Shown here in pieces: positions 20,071 to 31,401 of a stretch of 64,000 nt of DNA. The stretch is from Vulcanimicrobiales bacterium (GTDB lineage: Bacteria; Vulcanimicrobiota; Vulcanimicrobiia; Vulcanimicrobiales; Vulcanimicrobiaceae): positions 32,001-96,000 of the forward strand of contig JBBRLI010000004.1 in assembly GCA_038231455.1 (NCBI GenBank), in the 5' to 3' direction. Within the stretch, counting starts at the first letter, position 1. Every line of letters begins with the position of its first letter. The notes under the pieces were generated by a model. That model did no database searches and had not been told where the DNA came from. It was given only the letters and a program-made list of their open reading frames with translations. The translations under genes were made by a program, and so were the position numbers.

Positions 20071-21939
20071 TTGTCCAATTCCGCCCGTCTTGCGGCCCTA
20101 TGCGCCGCCTGCGTGACGCTTGGAGCGATCGCTCCGGCGAGCGCTCCCGCGCAAACCGCCGCAGCAACTCCGCACAACGTGATTCTCTTCGTTCCCGACG
20201 GTCTGCGCGAAAAAATGGTCGACCGCACGAATGCACCGGCGATGGATGCGTTGCAGCGAGCCGGAGTGACGTTTGCAAATAGTCACTCGATTTTCCCGAC
20301 GTTCACAACGGCGAACGCAGCGTCGATGGCGACCGGTCACTATCTCGGCGACACGGGCGATTTCAGCAACACGATCTATTCGGGAAAGGCGATCAAAGAC
20401 GGCCGCGTGAGTTCGCTTGCGGATTCGACGATTGCCGAGCAATCGGTCACGCCGTTTCTCGAGAACGACGAAGTTCTCGGCGATATCAACGACAAGTACA
20501 ACGGAAACTATCTCGATGAGATGACCGTGATTGCGGCCGCGCGTGCGGCGGGCTACAGCACGGCGAGTGTCGGCAAAGTTGGCCCCGTGCTGATCGCCGA
20601 TCCGACCGCGCGCGATGGCAAATCGACGATCGTCGTCGATGATTCCACCGGCTCGCCGGTCGGCATTCCGCTCGCCGATCCGGTTCGCGCCGCGATGCTC
20701 GTTGCCGGGCTGCCGCTTGCGCCACCAACACGCGGCGCGAATGGCGATGCGGGAACGTTTCTCTTGCCCGGGACGCTTGTGGCGAACACCTACCAGCAAG
20801 AGTACTTCGTGCACGCCGCGACCGACGTGATTTTACCCGCATTCAAATCGCGCAACAAACCGTTTGTGATGATGTTCTGGTCGCGCGATCCCGACGGCAC
20901 GCAGCACAATCAAGGCGATAGCCCGGACAACGTCGTCCCCGGCATCAACGGACCGACGTCGCTTGCTGCAATCAAAAATGCGGATAACGATCTGGCAGCG
21001 CTACGTGCAGCGCTCGACAAGTTGGGCCTGAGCGCAACGACCGACATCATCGTTGCTGCCGACCACGGCTTCTCGACGATTTCCAAACAGAGCAAAACTT
21101 CGAGCACGATCGGGATGACGTTCCCGACCTCAGCCAAAGGCGAGTTGCCGAGCGGGTTCCTTGCAATCGATCTTGCAAAGGCCCTCGGCGAACGCCTGAT
21201 GGATCCCGATCGCGAAGAAGGCCTCACGGTCAACTACGCAAGCGGCGAACTCCCCAACCGCGGCAACGGACTCATCGGCGCGACGCGTTCCGAGCCGCAC
21301 GTGATCGTCGCCGCCAATGGCGGCAGCGATCTTGTGTATTTCGCGCCGGGTTTCGAATCGTATGCCAAGCGCGTCGTCGAAACGCTGCTCGCGCAAGATT
21401 ACGTGAGCGGCCTCTTCGTTGACGAACGTCTCGGCTCGTTCCCTGGCACGCTTGCGGTGAGCGATATCAATTTCACCGGCGCATCACCGCTTCCGCGTCC
21501 CGGTATCGTCGTCAATTTCCGTTCGTTTACCACCGGCTGCTCGATTCCGACCAACTGCACGGCGGAAGTCGCCGATAGCGGACTTCAGCAGGGCCAAGGG
21601 ATGCACGGCAGCTTCAGCCGCGCCGATACGCTCAACTTTATGGCAGCCATCGGTCCCGATTTCAAAACCGGCTTCATCGATCGGGCGCCCGTGAGCAATG
21701 CGGATGTCGGCATGACGATGGCACGTATCCTCGGCCTGCAAATCCCAAGCGTCGGTACGCTTGTCGGACGTTCGATGAACGAAGCGCTCCGCGGCGGTGC
21801 GATGCCCGCATTCACGCGCGACGTCAAATCATCGACGCCCGGACCCAGCGGTCAGGTGACCAAACTCAACGTGCAAATTGTCGGCACGACGCGCTACTTC
21901 GACGCGGCGGGTTTCGCCGGTCAAACCGTCGGCCTCTAA
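20071..21939 (+). CDS. secreted type I phosphodiesterase/nucleotide pyrophosphatase (alkaline phosphatase superfamily)
   Basis: GGAGG SD then TTG 20071; FVPDGLR, FPTFTTAN, DPDGTQH, ADHGF, GMHGS. Confidence 0.88.
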   Translation: MSNSARLAALCAACVTLGAIAPASAPAQTAAATPHNVILFVPDGLREKMVDRTNAPAMDALQRAGVTFANSHSIFPTFTTANAASMATGHYLGDTGDFSNTIYSGKAIKDGRVSSLADSTIAEQSVTPFLENDEVLGDINDKYNGNYLDEMTVIAAARAAGYSTASVGKVGPVLIADPTARDGKSTIVVDDSTGSPVGIPLADPVRAAMLVAGLPLAPPTRGANGDAGTFLLPGTLVANTYQQEYFVHAATDVILPAFKSRNKPFVMMFWSRDPDGTQHNQGDSPDNVVPGINGPTSLAAIKNADNDLAALRAALDKLGLSATTDIIVAADHGFSTISKQSKTSSTIGMTFPTSAKGELPSGFLAIDLAKALGERLMDPDREEGLTVNYASGELPNRGNGLIGATRSEPHVIVAANGGSDLVYFAPGFESYAKRVVETLLAQDYVSGLFVDERLGSFPGTLAVSDINFTGASPLPRPGIVVNFRSFTTGCSIPTNCTAEVADSGLQQGQGMHGSFSRADTLNFMAAIGPDFKTGFIDRAPVSNADVGMTMARILGLQIPSVGTLVGRSMNEALRGGAMPAFTRDVKSSTPGPSGQVTKLNVQIVGTTRYFDAAGFAGQTVGL

Positions 21940-21955
21940 CCGAACGACGCTCACG

Positions 21956-21990
21956 AAAAGCCGTCGCCCGTTTCGAGCGGCGGTTTTTTT
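21956..21990. terminator. bidirectional intrinsic terminator
   Basis: AAAAGCCGTCGC...GCGGCGGTTTTTTT between convergent genes. Confidence 0.75.
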
Positions 21991-23839
21991 ATACCTGAAC
22001 GGCGTGCTTGGCGAGATGCAGCGTCACGGCGCGATGCGCGAGGGCCATAATCGTGAGCATCGGGTTCACGCCCGATGCGAGCGGAAAGACCGATGAATCG
22101 GTGACCATGAGACCTTCGATTCCGTGGACGTGTCCGAACGGATCGGTAACGCCGCGCGTCGGGTGGGCGTTCATCCGCGCCGTTCCCATTTGGTGCGCGG
22201 AGAAGACGGCAAGTCGATTCGCTTGCGTGCCGCGCTCCGCGATGGCACGGAAGAACGTCGTGCGCTCGTCTTCGCTTGCCTCGCGCCGAAGTTCGAGCGG
22301 GTCGGCATGTAAGGTCGCGACGCGTTCTGCCCCGGCGGCAAAAGCCAGCGTCGCGCAACCGATCAGCGCTTGGATCATGCGTTCGCCATCATCTGCGGCG
22401 ACGGCATAGTGGATCTCGTTGCGATCGTCGAGGCCGATCGTCCCTTCACCGCGATCGCGCGTGAGCACGATGAGGAGCGCGTTCTTCCGTGCGCCATGCA
22501 TGTCCGCGGCGTGACGCGCTTGGCTGCGCCAAGGAAGGGCGAGCGCCATCAGGCCGGGATGCGCGGGCGCCGCTTCGATCGTTGCACCGTAACCGTCATC
22601 GATGGAGCTGAATCGGTCGCAGAGTGCCGTTTGCATCGCTCCGTTCCACGCGTCGACGGGTTCAGCGAATTCAGCGACGAGGGCCGTCGTTGGATGCAGA
22701 TGCAAATGACGGCCGAGGTGCGATGATTTTACGCCGCTGCGCGCAAGAATTCCGGGCGTACGCAACGCCCCGCCGGCGATGATGACGAGCGGCGCTTCGA
22801 TCGTGAGATCGCCCGCTTCCACGGCCGTGACGCGGTTGTGGTCGATCCGCACGCGATCGACCGTGGTGTCGGCGTAAAGCGTCGCGCCTGCTTCTATGGC
22901 ATCGGCGAGATACGTTTGCGTCGTCGATTGTTTTCGGCCGTACGCGCAGCCGAAACCGCAGTAGCCGCAGCCTTCACCGCATCCGCTCGCGTTGCGTGGA
23001 ATCGCCTTCGATTCCCAGCCGAGCACGCGTGCACCCTCGACGATTGCCGCGTTGTTGCGATTGTGCTCGTGCGATTGCGCGACGCCGAGTCGCGCTTCGA
23101 CGGATGCGTATGAGGCTTGCAGTTCGTCTGCCATCGCCGGATAGCCGATGGCCTCGGCCCACTGCTGTGCGACGTGCGGCGTAAGGCGCAGCGACGTGCA
23201 CCAGTTCACCGTCGTCCCGCCGCCGACGCACGCACCGGCCAGAATCGAGACCGCGAGATCCTCGGTTGCGGTTAGCCCCGCATCGAGATACAAATCGGCA
23301 AACGACCGCGCTTCGCTCTGCAACGCCGCCGTCGTATTGGCAACCGGTCCCGCCTCAAGAATAACCGTGCGCAAACCGGCGCGCGCGAGGAGCGCCGCGG
23401 CCACACCACCGCCGGCCCCCGATCCGACGACGACGGCATCGGCGTGAATCGTTCCGCGAACGGTGCTTGTGGGAGGCGGGATGATAGGACTTACGCGTCG
23501 ATCCTCGCGTGGACCGGGGTAGCCGATCGTCGGCCAAAGCGGATTCGTTCCCGCTTCATCGGTTGCGGCATAGGCGGCGAAGAGCGCGAGCCGTTTGAAC
23601 GCTTGAAAACCCGTGCGCAAATCGGAGATCGACGAATCGCAAAGCGCACGCAGTGCCGCCTCGCGCGCCGGTCGCGGGAGTGCCATCAGCGGCGCGATGA
23701 GTCGCGCGAAGAACTGTAACTTCGATCGGCGATGAGGCGCGAGCCGCGCGAACGCCTCTTCCATGAGCTCCGTGCCGCGCGCGACATCGGAACCGCCGGG
23801 CGCAAATGTGGCTACTATTGCTGCGAGCGTGCGCGTCAT
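21989..23839 (-). CDS. GMC family oxidoreductase (long-chain alcohol oxidase-like)
   Basis: VVVGSGAGGG, GGGTTVNW, CxGCGxCxxGC, SAHQMGT, GVNPMLT. Confidence 0.88.
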   Translation of the reverse strand: MTRTLAAIVATFAPGGSDVARGTELMEEAFARLAPHRRSKLQFFARLIAPLMALPRPAREAALRALCDSSISDLRTGFQAFKRLALFAAYAATDEAGTNPLWPTIGYPGPREDRRVSPIIPPPTSTVRGTIHADAVVVGSGAGGGVAAALLARAGLRTVILEAGPVANTTAALQSEARSFADLYLDAGLTATEDLAVSILAGACVGGGTTVNWCTSLRLTPHVAQQWAEAIGYPAMADELQASYASVEARLGVAQSHEHNRNNAAIVEGARVLGWESKAIPRNASGCGEGCGYCGFGCAYGRKQSTTQTYLADAIEAGATLYADTTVDRVRIDHNRVTAVEAGDLTIEAPLVIIAGGALRTPGILARSGVKSSHLGRHLHLHPTTALVAEFAEPVDAWNGAMQTALCDRFSSIDDGYGATIEAAPAHPGLMALALPWRSQARHAADMHGARKNALLIVLTRDRGEGTIGLDDRNEIHYAVAADDGERMIQALIGCATLAFAAGAERVATLHADPLELRREASEDERTTFFRAIAERGTQANRLAVFSAHQMGTARMNAHPTRGVTDPFGHVHGIEGLMVTDSSVFPLASGVNPMLTIMALAHRAVTLHLAKHAVQV

Positions 23840-23920
23840 CGCGGGACGAATTCGGGCTGACGATTGACGACACCCCGTTGTGCTCTAGGTGGTTCTCCCC
23901 ATTTTAGCGAAATGTGGCCG

Positions 23921-26900
23921 ATGAAACGGTATCGGGTTTCCGCTCTCATTCGCGCGTCGCAAGTGATTGTCGCGCTGCTCGTCCTGGTGTGTGTGCGCGG
24001 AAGCGCAACGGGTCGAGCGACGGTTTACGTTGGGTCAAGCGCCACGTTTTTGCCGGGCACACCGGTGGCGGCGGAGTTGTACGGTTCGCAAGACTCCGAG
24101 CCCGTCGACGTGGAAGTGACGGCGACGCGAATCGACGCGGTGACCGCCGTACGTGTGCTTGAAAGCAGAAGTGCGTCAGAAGATGCGTTCAGTTCGAAGC
24201 ACCCGCTGCGACGATTGCGGATTCGCATACAGCCCGGCTATTACCGCCGCAACACCGTGCCGCTCGGTGAGCTGCCGATCGGACTGTACGGAATTCGCTT
24301 CGTCTCGCCCCGTTATATCGCGCTGCAAGTTATCAATGTAACGACACTCGGCATCCTGAGTACGGGACGCACGAGCTCGATCTATGCCGTAACGATCGAT
24401 CTGCAGCACGTTCAAACATCGCAGCGACGCAAGCGTAAGGACTGCCGCTGGACCGGACTTTGAGACCCTCCAGTCGGTCGATGCCTTGGGTAGCGCGGTC
24501 CTTCCCATTCCTCGCGACGAACGACACCGATTTATCGTAGCACGTGCGGCTGATGGTTCAACCGCAATCGCAGAAGGTACCCGGTATGGAGCGTCGGCGG
24601 AGAATGCAGAAACGAGCTACGTTCAAACGGATCGGCCGATCTATCATCCCGGCGATGTCGTGAATTTCCGTGCGATCGTTCGCGGTGGCGAAGCCCCGCA
24701 CTACACCGTGCCGACCGGGGATCGTTCGATCGCCTTGATTGGGCCGAATGGATCGAGGCTGACCGTAAAACACGCCGCCTTCGATGCGTTCGGTACGCTT
24801 GCAGCGGACTTTGTTTTGCCTGCAGATGCATCGCTTGGCGACTACCGCATCTCAACCCACGACGAGTCGTACAGTCAAAGCGGTCATTTCGCGGTCCAGG
24901 CGTACAAGAAGCCGGAGTATCTCCTGCGTGTCGCTCCGAAAAGCAAGTACGTTCTCAGCGGGCAAACCGCACATCTGCACGTCCAGGCGCGCTATTTTTT
25001 CGGAAAGGCCGCGGTTGGAATGACCGTGCATTACACCGCGTCCTTTCCGATATGGTATTGGTATCGACGCTACAATTCGGGCCTGCGATTCGATGGCAAC
25101 GGCCTCGACGAGAGCGCCAGTCGGCTAGCGGATATCGAGGGAACCCTCAAAACCAACGCTGAGGGCAACGTCGACATCGCCATACCGAGCGTTCACCGTA
25201 ATGACGAACGTCTTGTCCAGATCGCAATCGACGCGCGCGACGATTCTTTCCGAACGGTCACCACAAACGAAACGCTGATTTTGGTACCGGCCTCGTTCTT
25301 CGTGAGCATCGAGAATCATCAGTGGTATTCATCCCTTGGTACGCCGCTCGTCTTCACGCTCCGGGCAACCGGCTATGACCGCGGACCGCGACCCGGTACG
25401 GCGATCGATATCACCGTGCGACGGCGCGAAGCGAATCGCGAGCAAACGATCGTCGCACGGGAGCACGTCGTCACGGAGCGTGACGGATCGCGTGCGTATT
25501 CATGGACGCCCGATTCTCCCGGTTTTTACACGATCGACGCTCGCTCGACCGATGCAGCCGGTAATGCGGTCACGACCTCCACCAGTGCCTGGGTGGGCGA
25601 GAGCGGGTATGCATTTCCGTACCGGTTCGAACAACTCAGCGTTATCCCGCAGCGCGAGGCGACGGCTCCCGGTGAAAACGCCGGGGTTCTCGTCACCTCA
25701 CCGCACGGAGACACGGACGCGATCGTCGATATTCTTGCGCCAGGCTACGAGCACACGTACGTGGTTCACTTGGACGGCGTCGTCTCGACGCTTGCGATCA
25801 CCCCGCCGCCAGACGCGGCGAAATTCGATGTCTCCGTCGTCGTCCCGTCGGCACAGGGGGTGACGGTGGGACGGGCGACCCTCCGCGTCAAGCCCGATCC
25901 GCGAAGGCTCAGCGTCAGTGTCACCTCTGAACGTTCGACGTATCAGCCTGGCGATCGCGCGCGTTTCCACATCGAGGTTCGCGATTCAAGTGGCCGCCCC
26001 GCTCGCGCGCAGGTCGCACTCGCCGTCGTCGACGATGCGATCTTTGCACTTACGGGGAGCGACAGCCTCGATCCATACAACCATTTTTACACCAACGCCA
26101 ACGTGTATCACACGGAGAATGCATCGTGGCGTGGGCTCAATTCACCGGAAGGAACGTACCTCGCCGGTGCGCTTCGGACGATCGGACGCATAACGTCGCG
26201 CCAGAACGGTTTCTCGCCGTCATCGACAGCCGATGCGTACTCGGTGGGTTCCGCAAGTGGCGCTGCGCCCGACTTCAGCCAGCTTCGGTCGGATTTCCGT
26301 GATACGGCGTACTGGACGCCGTCCGTCGTAACAAGCGACAAAGGCAGCGCTGAGGTCACCTTCACGTGGCCGGATTCGCTGACGTCCTATTCGGCATCCG
26401 GGATCGCGCTGACGACCGCTACGGACATTGGGTCGGGCGTGGGGCACGCACTGGTGACGAAAGACTTTCTCATCCGCCTTTCTTCACCGCGTTTTTTGCG
26501 AACCGGCGATGAGTCGCGACTCACGGCGATTGCGCAAGGTCCACGCACGGCGACGAGCGCGCGCCTCCGGCTTTCCGCGCCAAGTATCGGACCGGCCGAT
26601 GTCTCAAAGACGGTCGCTTTTAATCGCGCGGCTTCCGCCACGACGCATTGGGACGTCTCCGGTCGCGCGATCGGAACCGCGACGCTGCGCCTCGCTGGAA
26701 CGAGCGGATCGCTGCGCGATGGATTACTCACAACGATGCCGATCGAGTCGGCCGGCATCGCGCAGCACATTCGCGACGCGGGCGCGCTCCCGTTATCGAA
26801 CAGCTCGGCCTTCAACCTTCCGCGCGGTGCGGACGCCGGTAACGTGCGGGTCGATATCTCGCCGAGCTACGTTGGCCAGCTCATCGCGGACGCGCATTTA

Positions 26901-28364
26901 CTCGATGTCTATCCCTACTCGTGCGTCGAGCAAACGATGTCATCGGCGTTGCCGGCAATTTACGTGGAACGGCTGCTCCAACAAACCAAACTCAAAGAAA
27001 AATCAACGCTCGATCCCGCGCCGATCGCGCGTCGCGCGATCGAACGGTTGACAAAACTTCAGCACGCCGACGGATCGTGGGGCTGGTGGGAGCACGATGG
27101 GGCCAATCCGTTCATGACCGCATATGCGCTTTACGGTCTCTCCGAACTGCGCCACGACGGTCACGAAGTCCAGCAGTCGACGATCGATCGCGGCGTGCAA
27201 AGTATCCGAGAACAGCTGGGTCAAAACCATTCCGACACACTTGCATTCTATGGGGGAACGCAGCCGAACTCCGCGTGGAACACGCGCGCATATATGCTCT
27301 TTGCGCTTGCGGATGCAAACCCGACGGCGGTCGACCGCACGATCTTGGCTGAGGCCGATGCCCATGTCGCCGACCTCAACAGTTACGCGCTTGCCACACT
27401 CGGTCTCGCGCACGTGTCGATCCACGATCGCGACGGCGCGTTACCACTGCTGCGTGAAATCCAACGCCGCAAGACGGATGACGGTCACCTCGCCTTTTGG
27501 CGCGGCCAGGGTTGGCACTACCGGTGGGAAGACGATCCCATCGAGACGACCGCGTATGCTCTGCGATTCGTCCATGCGATGACACCCGATGACGCAAGTC
27601 TCCAACACGGGATCGCGTGGCTGCGTACGCAGCAACACGGTTCGTGGTTTTATACGACGAAAGACACCGCCGCGGCGATCTTCGCGATGGTCGAAGTCGG
27701 TACGACGGCACCCGACGAGTTCGATCCGCATGAAACGGTGCGTGTCATGATCGGCGATCGCACGATCAAGACACTGCGCATCGATAGTCCGATCGTCGGG
27801 GCGAGCGAGTCCTCGTTCACCATTCCGGCGACCGAACTTACCAGCGGCGCCACACTCCGTTTCGAACGTGAGGGTCGCGGTGCACTGTATTGGTCAACGG
27901 ATTGGACGACGTATGCGCGAGATCAACGTCGCGTTGCCGATGTTGACGATGCAGCACTTCGGCTCCTCGACGGCGATACGAATGCGCCGTTTACGGTCAC
28001 CCGTCGCTACGCGCATGGCCGGGACAATGCGTGGAAGACCGGCGATCTGGTCGATGTCGATCTCATCGTCACCGCGCAATCCGATCGTCAGTTCGTCTCG
28101 ATCGAGGATCCGTTTCCCGCTGGGTTCGAATATCAACCGGCGCAGCATGAAGCCGGCCGCGACTCGTGGAGCGGATTGCAATTCTTCGACGATCGGCTCG
28201 TCTTCTTCGCGACGAGTATTTCATCGCACTATCCGATGCATCTTCACTATCAGCTCCGGGCGACCACACCCGGCACGTATACCGCCGCAGCGCCGACAGT
28301 CACGGCAATGTACGGGCCGCCCGTAACCGCCGCCGGGCACCGTGACCGCGTTATCGTGCGATGA
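23921..28364 (+). pseudogene. bacterial alpha-2-macroglobulin split by one frameshift near 24400-24410 (ORFs 23921-24463 and 24393/24486-28364)
   Basis: Signal peptide in the first ORF; QTDRPIYHPGD, YKKPEY, RSDFRDTAYW and thioester YPYSCVEQ (26922-26933) in the second; the two frames overlap at 24393-24463. May be a sequencing error. Confidence 0.85.
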
Positions 28365-28368
28365 GGAC

Positions 28369-30423
28369 CTAGGCGCGGCCGCCGGTTACGGCATAAAGTT
28401 TGACGTGATCGCTTGCTGCACCAAGAGCCGACGGGTCGAGCTCTTCCATTGATTTGCCGACATCCCCGACGTTGAAGGCGGCCATGACGTCGTTGAGCTC
28501 GCGGGCGCGGCTAGAGAGCTCTTGAACGCGCACGTCGATCGTGCGAACTTCGTCGCGCAATTGACTCGAGGCGGTTGACACGCGGCCCGCCGCGTGCGAC
28601 TGCGTCTCGGCAAGGGACTCGATCGGTGCGATCGCATCGAGGACGGACTGCGTTGTCTGCTGCATCGACGAGGCCGCGGCTGCGTTCTCTTCGACGACTG
28701 CCGAGACGCTCGACACATTGTCGGTCAGGCGGCGGCTTGCCTCGGCCATCGTCGCGCTTTGCTCGCGCATCGCAGCCGCCGTGGACGATGTCTGCTGGAT
28801 CGCTAATTCAACGGATTCGATCGCGACGCGAGCGCGTTCGGCGACGCGCAATCCCTCGTCGATTGCCGTGGCCGACGAGCGCATTTGTTCGGCAACGCCG
28901 ATCGTCTCTTTTTGAATCGCCGAGAGAATCGCGCCGATTTCTTTGGTCGATTGTCCGGACCGGATTGCAAGCTTGCGGACTTCATCGGCAACGACAGCGA
29001 AACCGCGACCGTGCTCGCCCGCCCGCGCCGCTTCGATCGCGGCGTTGAGCGCGAGGAGGTTCGATTGATCGGCGATCTCGTCAATGGCGTTAACGATCTC
29101 TTCGATTGCGACGGAGCGTTCGATGAGCGCCGACATCGTCTTTGCACTCGCCGCCGCCGAGACGTGTAAACGCGACATCGTCTCCGCCGTCACCTGGACC
29201 GCGTCGCGACCGGATCGCGTTTCGCCGCTGGCGTTCAGTGCGGCCGCAGCCAGCTCGTCTCCGATCGTTGCAAGGCGTGCAATCTCGTCGTTAAGCGCCG
29301 TAACTTCGGTTACCGTTGCGGCAAGCGCGACCGCTTGGTGTCCGGCACCCATCGCGATTTCCGCCGACATCGACGAGAGCGAGCTCACCGCCGTATTGGC
29401 GTCGGCGACAAGTTGTGCTTGATCCTGCGCATCGGTTGCAAGCGCGACGATCGCTTGAGCGATTTCCTCGACGGCAAGCGTCGCCTCGGAGGTAATGCCG
29501 CTCACGGACGAACTTGCTTCGAGTTGCTGGAGGGCGACTGTTTTCGTCCCGGAGATCACTTCACGCAAGATTGCGACCGTTGCATAATAGCGTTCGATCA
29601 GAACACGGAGGCCCTCGGCCAGTTCGTTATAGCTGCGTGAAAGATCGCCGACTTCATCCTGTCGGTGGTCGGCAATCGTCGTGATTTGGGCATCAATGTG
29701 CGCCGTCAGATCGCCAACAGCAAGCCGGTCGAACGCCTCGGAGATCGCGGGAAAGTCGTTGCGGACCACCTCGCCCAGGGCGACTTGCACGCGTGCGATA
29801 CGTGCGGCAATCCGACGGCCGAGGACGAGTGCCGTCAAGACGACGACAATGACCGCGACGATGCCGAGGCCAATCATCGTGCCGACCGCGATCACACGGG
29901 CGCGCGCTCCGTCTGCTGCAGAGGTTGCCAAGAATGCGTCGGTCTCGACGCGGAGCTTCTTATCGGTATCGCGGTACGTGTCGACGAGTGCTTTGCCATC
30001 GCCGATGTGCGCGAGCGCCATGGCGCGCTGCTTCTTATCGATGAGTGCAACTTCACCGTCGTAAAATTTCGTGATCGCTGCGATCTGCGTTTTTGCATCC
30101 GCAAACGCACTCGTCAGACGCGCATCGCTCGTCGCATTCGCAACGAGGTCGACGTCTTGGGCCAGCTGCGTCGAGCCACGTTCGTACTCATCGACAAAGC
30201 GCGTGTTTCCCGTATCGACGTAAGCGCGCACGCCCGCTTCCAGGTTCACCAACTGAAGCAAGATATCGCGCGAAGCCGCATTGAGCTCGACCCGGTCTGA
30301 GACCGTTTTCGTAATCGCCTGCATCGCGTTCATTTGAACGATAGCGGTCCCGGCCATGACGCCGAAGAGCACGAGCGGAACGACAAAGCCGAGTGCGATG
30401 CGCCACGCGATCGAGACTTTCAC
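28369..30423 (-). CDS. methyl-accepting chemotaxis protein (CHASE3-like sensor, HAMP)
   Basis: Two TMs; [45 protein letters not shown]. Confidence 0.92.
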   Translation of the reverse strand: MKVSIAWRIALGFVVPLVLFGVMAGTAIVQMNAMQAITKTVSDRVELNAASRDILLQLVNLEAGVRAYVDTGNTRFVDEYERGSTQLAQDVDLVANATSDARLTSAFADAKTQIAAITKFYDGEVALIDKKQRAMALAHIGDGKALVDTYRDTDKKLRVETDAFLATSAADGARARVIAVGTMIGLGIVAVIVVVLTALVLGRRIAARIARVQVALGEVVRNDFPAISEAFDRLAVGDLTAHIDAQITTIADHRQDEVGDLSRSYNELAEGLRVLIERYYATVAILREVISGTKTVALQQLEASSSVSGITSEATLAVEEIAQAIVALATDAQDQAQLVADANTAVSSLSSMSAEIAMGAGHQAVALAATVTEVTALNDEIARLATIGDELAAAALNASGETRSGRDAVQVTAETMSRLHVSAAASAKTMSALIERSVAIEEIVNAIDEIADQSNLLALNAAIEAARAGEHGRGFAVVADEVRKLAIRSGQSTKEIGAILSAIQKETIGVAEQMRSSATAIDEGLRVAERARVAIESVELAIQQTSSTAAAMREQSATMAEASRRLTDNVSSVSAVVEENAAAASSMQQTTQSVLDAIAPIESLAETQSHAAGRVSTASSQLRDEVRTIDVRVQELSSRARELNDVMAAFNVGDVGKSMEELDPSALGAASDHVKLYAVTGGRA

Positions 30424-30434
30424 TGGTGAACCCC

Positions 30435-30474
30435 AAAGAAAAAGAGAGAGGTGGGTTCACACCCGCACTCTCCC
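30435..30474 (-). terminator. intrinsic terminator-like hairpin
   Basis: Minus strand GGGAGAG-TGC-GGGT-GTGA-ACCC-AC-CTCTCTC then TTTTTCTTT. Confidence 0.65.
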
Positions 30475-30515
30475 TACGTATCAACTCAAGCGGCGAATTC
30501 CCGCCGTTTGTCTAT

Positions 30516-31130
30516 TTAGAGTTTGTAAGCTGCTTTGAGATCTTTCATCGCCTGCGTCAGGATGATGTGATAGTCCTGATCGGCGGTGCGGCCGTACTTC
30601 GCATCGATGTCGTCCATGATCTTGGTGTGGATCGGGTGCGACACGAGATTGTCGAGCATGAACTCAACATCGAAGTTGCCGTCTTTGGTCACGCCGGCGG
30701 TGTAGAGAGCGGCCGAGAGGCCTTTACCGTCTTTGGCATCGGCCTGCGGGGCCGGAAGAGCGATCTTCGCTTCGGTGACGATCTTGAGCGCGTCGGCGAC
30801 GACAAAATCAAACGTCTTGACGAACTGGCCGATTTTCTCGGCGCCGTACTTGTCGGTGAGGCTTTTGAGTTCGGCTGCGGTCAGGTCGCCGGCAAGCGAC
30901 TTCACGAGCGTCGTCGTTTCGAACTTGCTGGGGCCGCCACCGGCGACAACCATGGAGACCGTGAGCGGGAGATTCGGCTTGCCGACATAGCTGACGGCAT
31001 CGCTGAAGCGGGCCTTCGGAGCGTCCATCTTCATGCCGCCCATCGCATCAGCGGCGAACGCCGGAAGCGACGAGGCGAGCACGCCCAGACCCAGAAGCGC
31101 GGCGGCCGAAGCCGTGCGGAAATTGAACAC
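30516..31130 (-). CDS. secreted hypothetical protein, Met-rich N-terminus, His/Asp-containing helical C-terminus
   Basis: AAGGAG SD then GTG 31130; signal peptide ending AFA; DAMGGMKMD; SHPIHTKIMDDID, DYHIIL. Confidence 0.8.
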   Translation of the reverse strand: MFNFRTASAAALLGLGVLASSLPAFAADAMGGMKMDAPKARFSDAVSYVGKPNLPLTVSMVVAGGGPSKFETTTLVKSLAGDLTAAELKSLTDKYGAEKIGQFVKTFDFVVADALKIVTEAKIALPAPQADAKDGKGLSAALYTAGVTKDGNFDVEFMLDNLVSHPIHTKIMDDIDAKYGRTADQDYHIILTQAMKDLKAAYKL

Positions 31131-31186
31131 GAGGGACTCCTTCATAGTGGGGGAGTGGTGGCCCGGCGGTGCCGATGCCCGCTCAA

Positions 31187-31214
31187 TAGACGACGGCCCC
31201 ACGCCTTTGGATGC
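31187..31214 (-). promoter_or_regulatory. putative ECF sigma promoter
   Basis: Minus strand GCATCC-N16-CGTCTA upstream of the secreted protein gene. Confidence 0.45.
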
Positions 31215-31283
31215 TCTCCTCGAAAAAATTTCGCAAATCGATCGTCGGTAACATGGGCATTAACAGGGGAGCACGGCTTCGGC

Positions 31284-31298
31284 TGAAAATTGTTTTCA
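31284..31298. promoter_or_regulatory. palindromic operator candidate
   Basis: TGAAAA-TTG-TTTTCA in the divergent intergenic region. Confidence 0.4.
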
Positions 31299-31401
31299 TG
31301 AAACTCGGTTGTCGATTCTTGCCGTTTTCAGTCGGGAACGGCCTTTCCAGCTGACCGTTGGATGCTGCGCGTCGCGCGTACTACTTTGAAGGAGTCCGTT
31401 A

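Noticed and set aside
30484-30515. GACAAAC-hairpin resembling the start of a GEMM riboswitch before the first MCP
   Set aside because: Lacks the GNRA loop and the following GCAAA and second stem.
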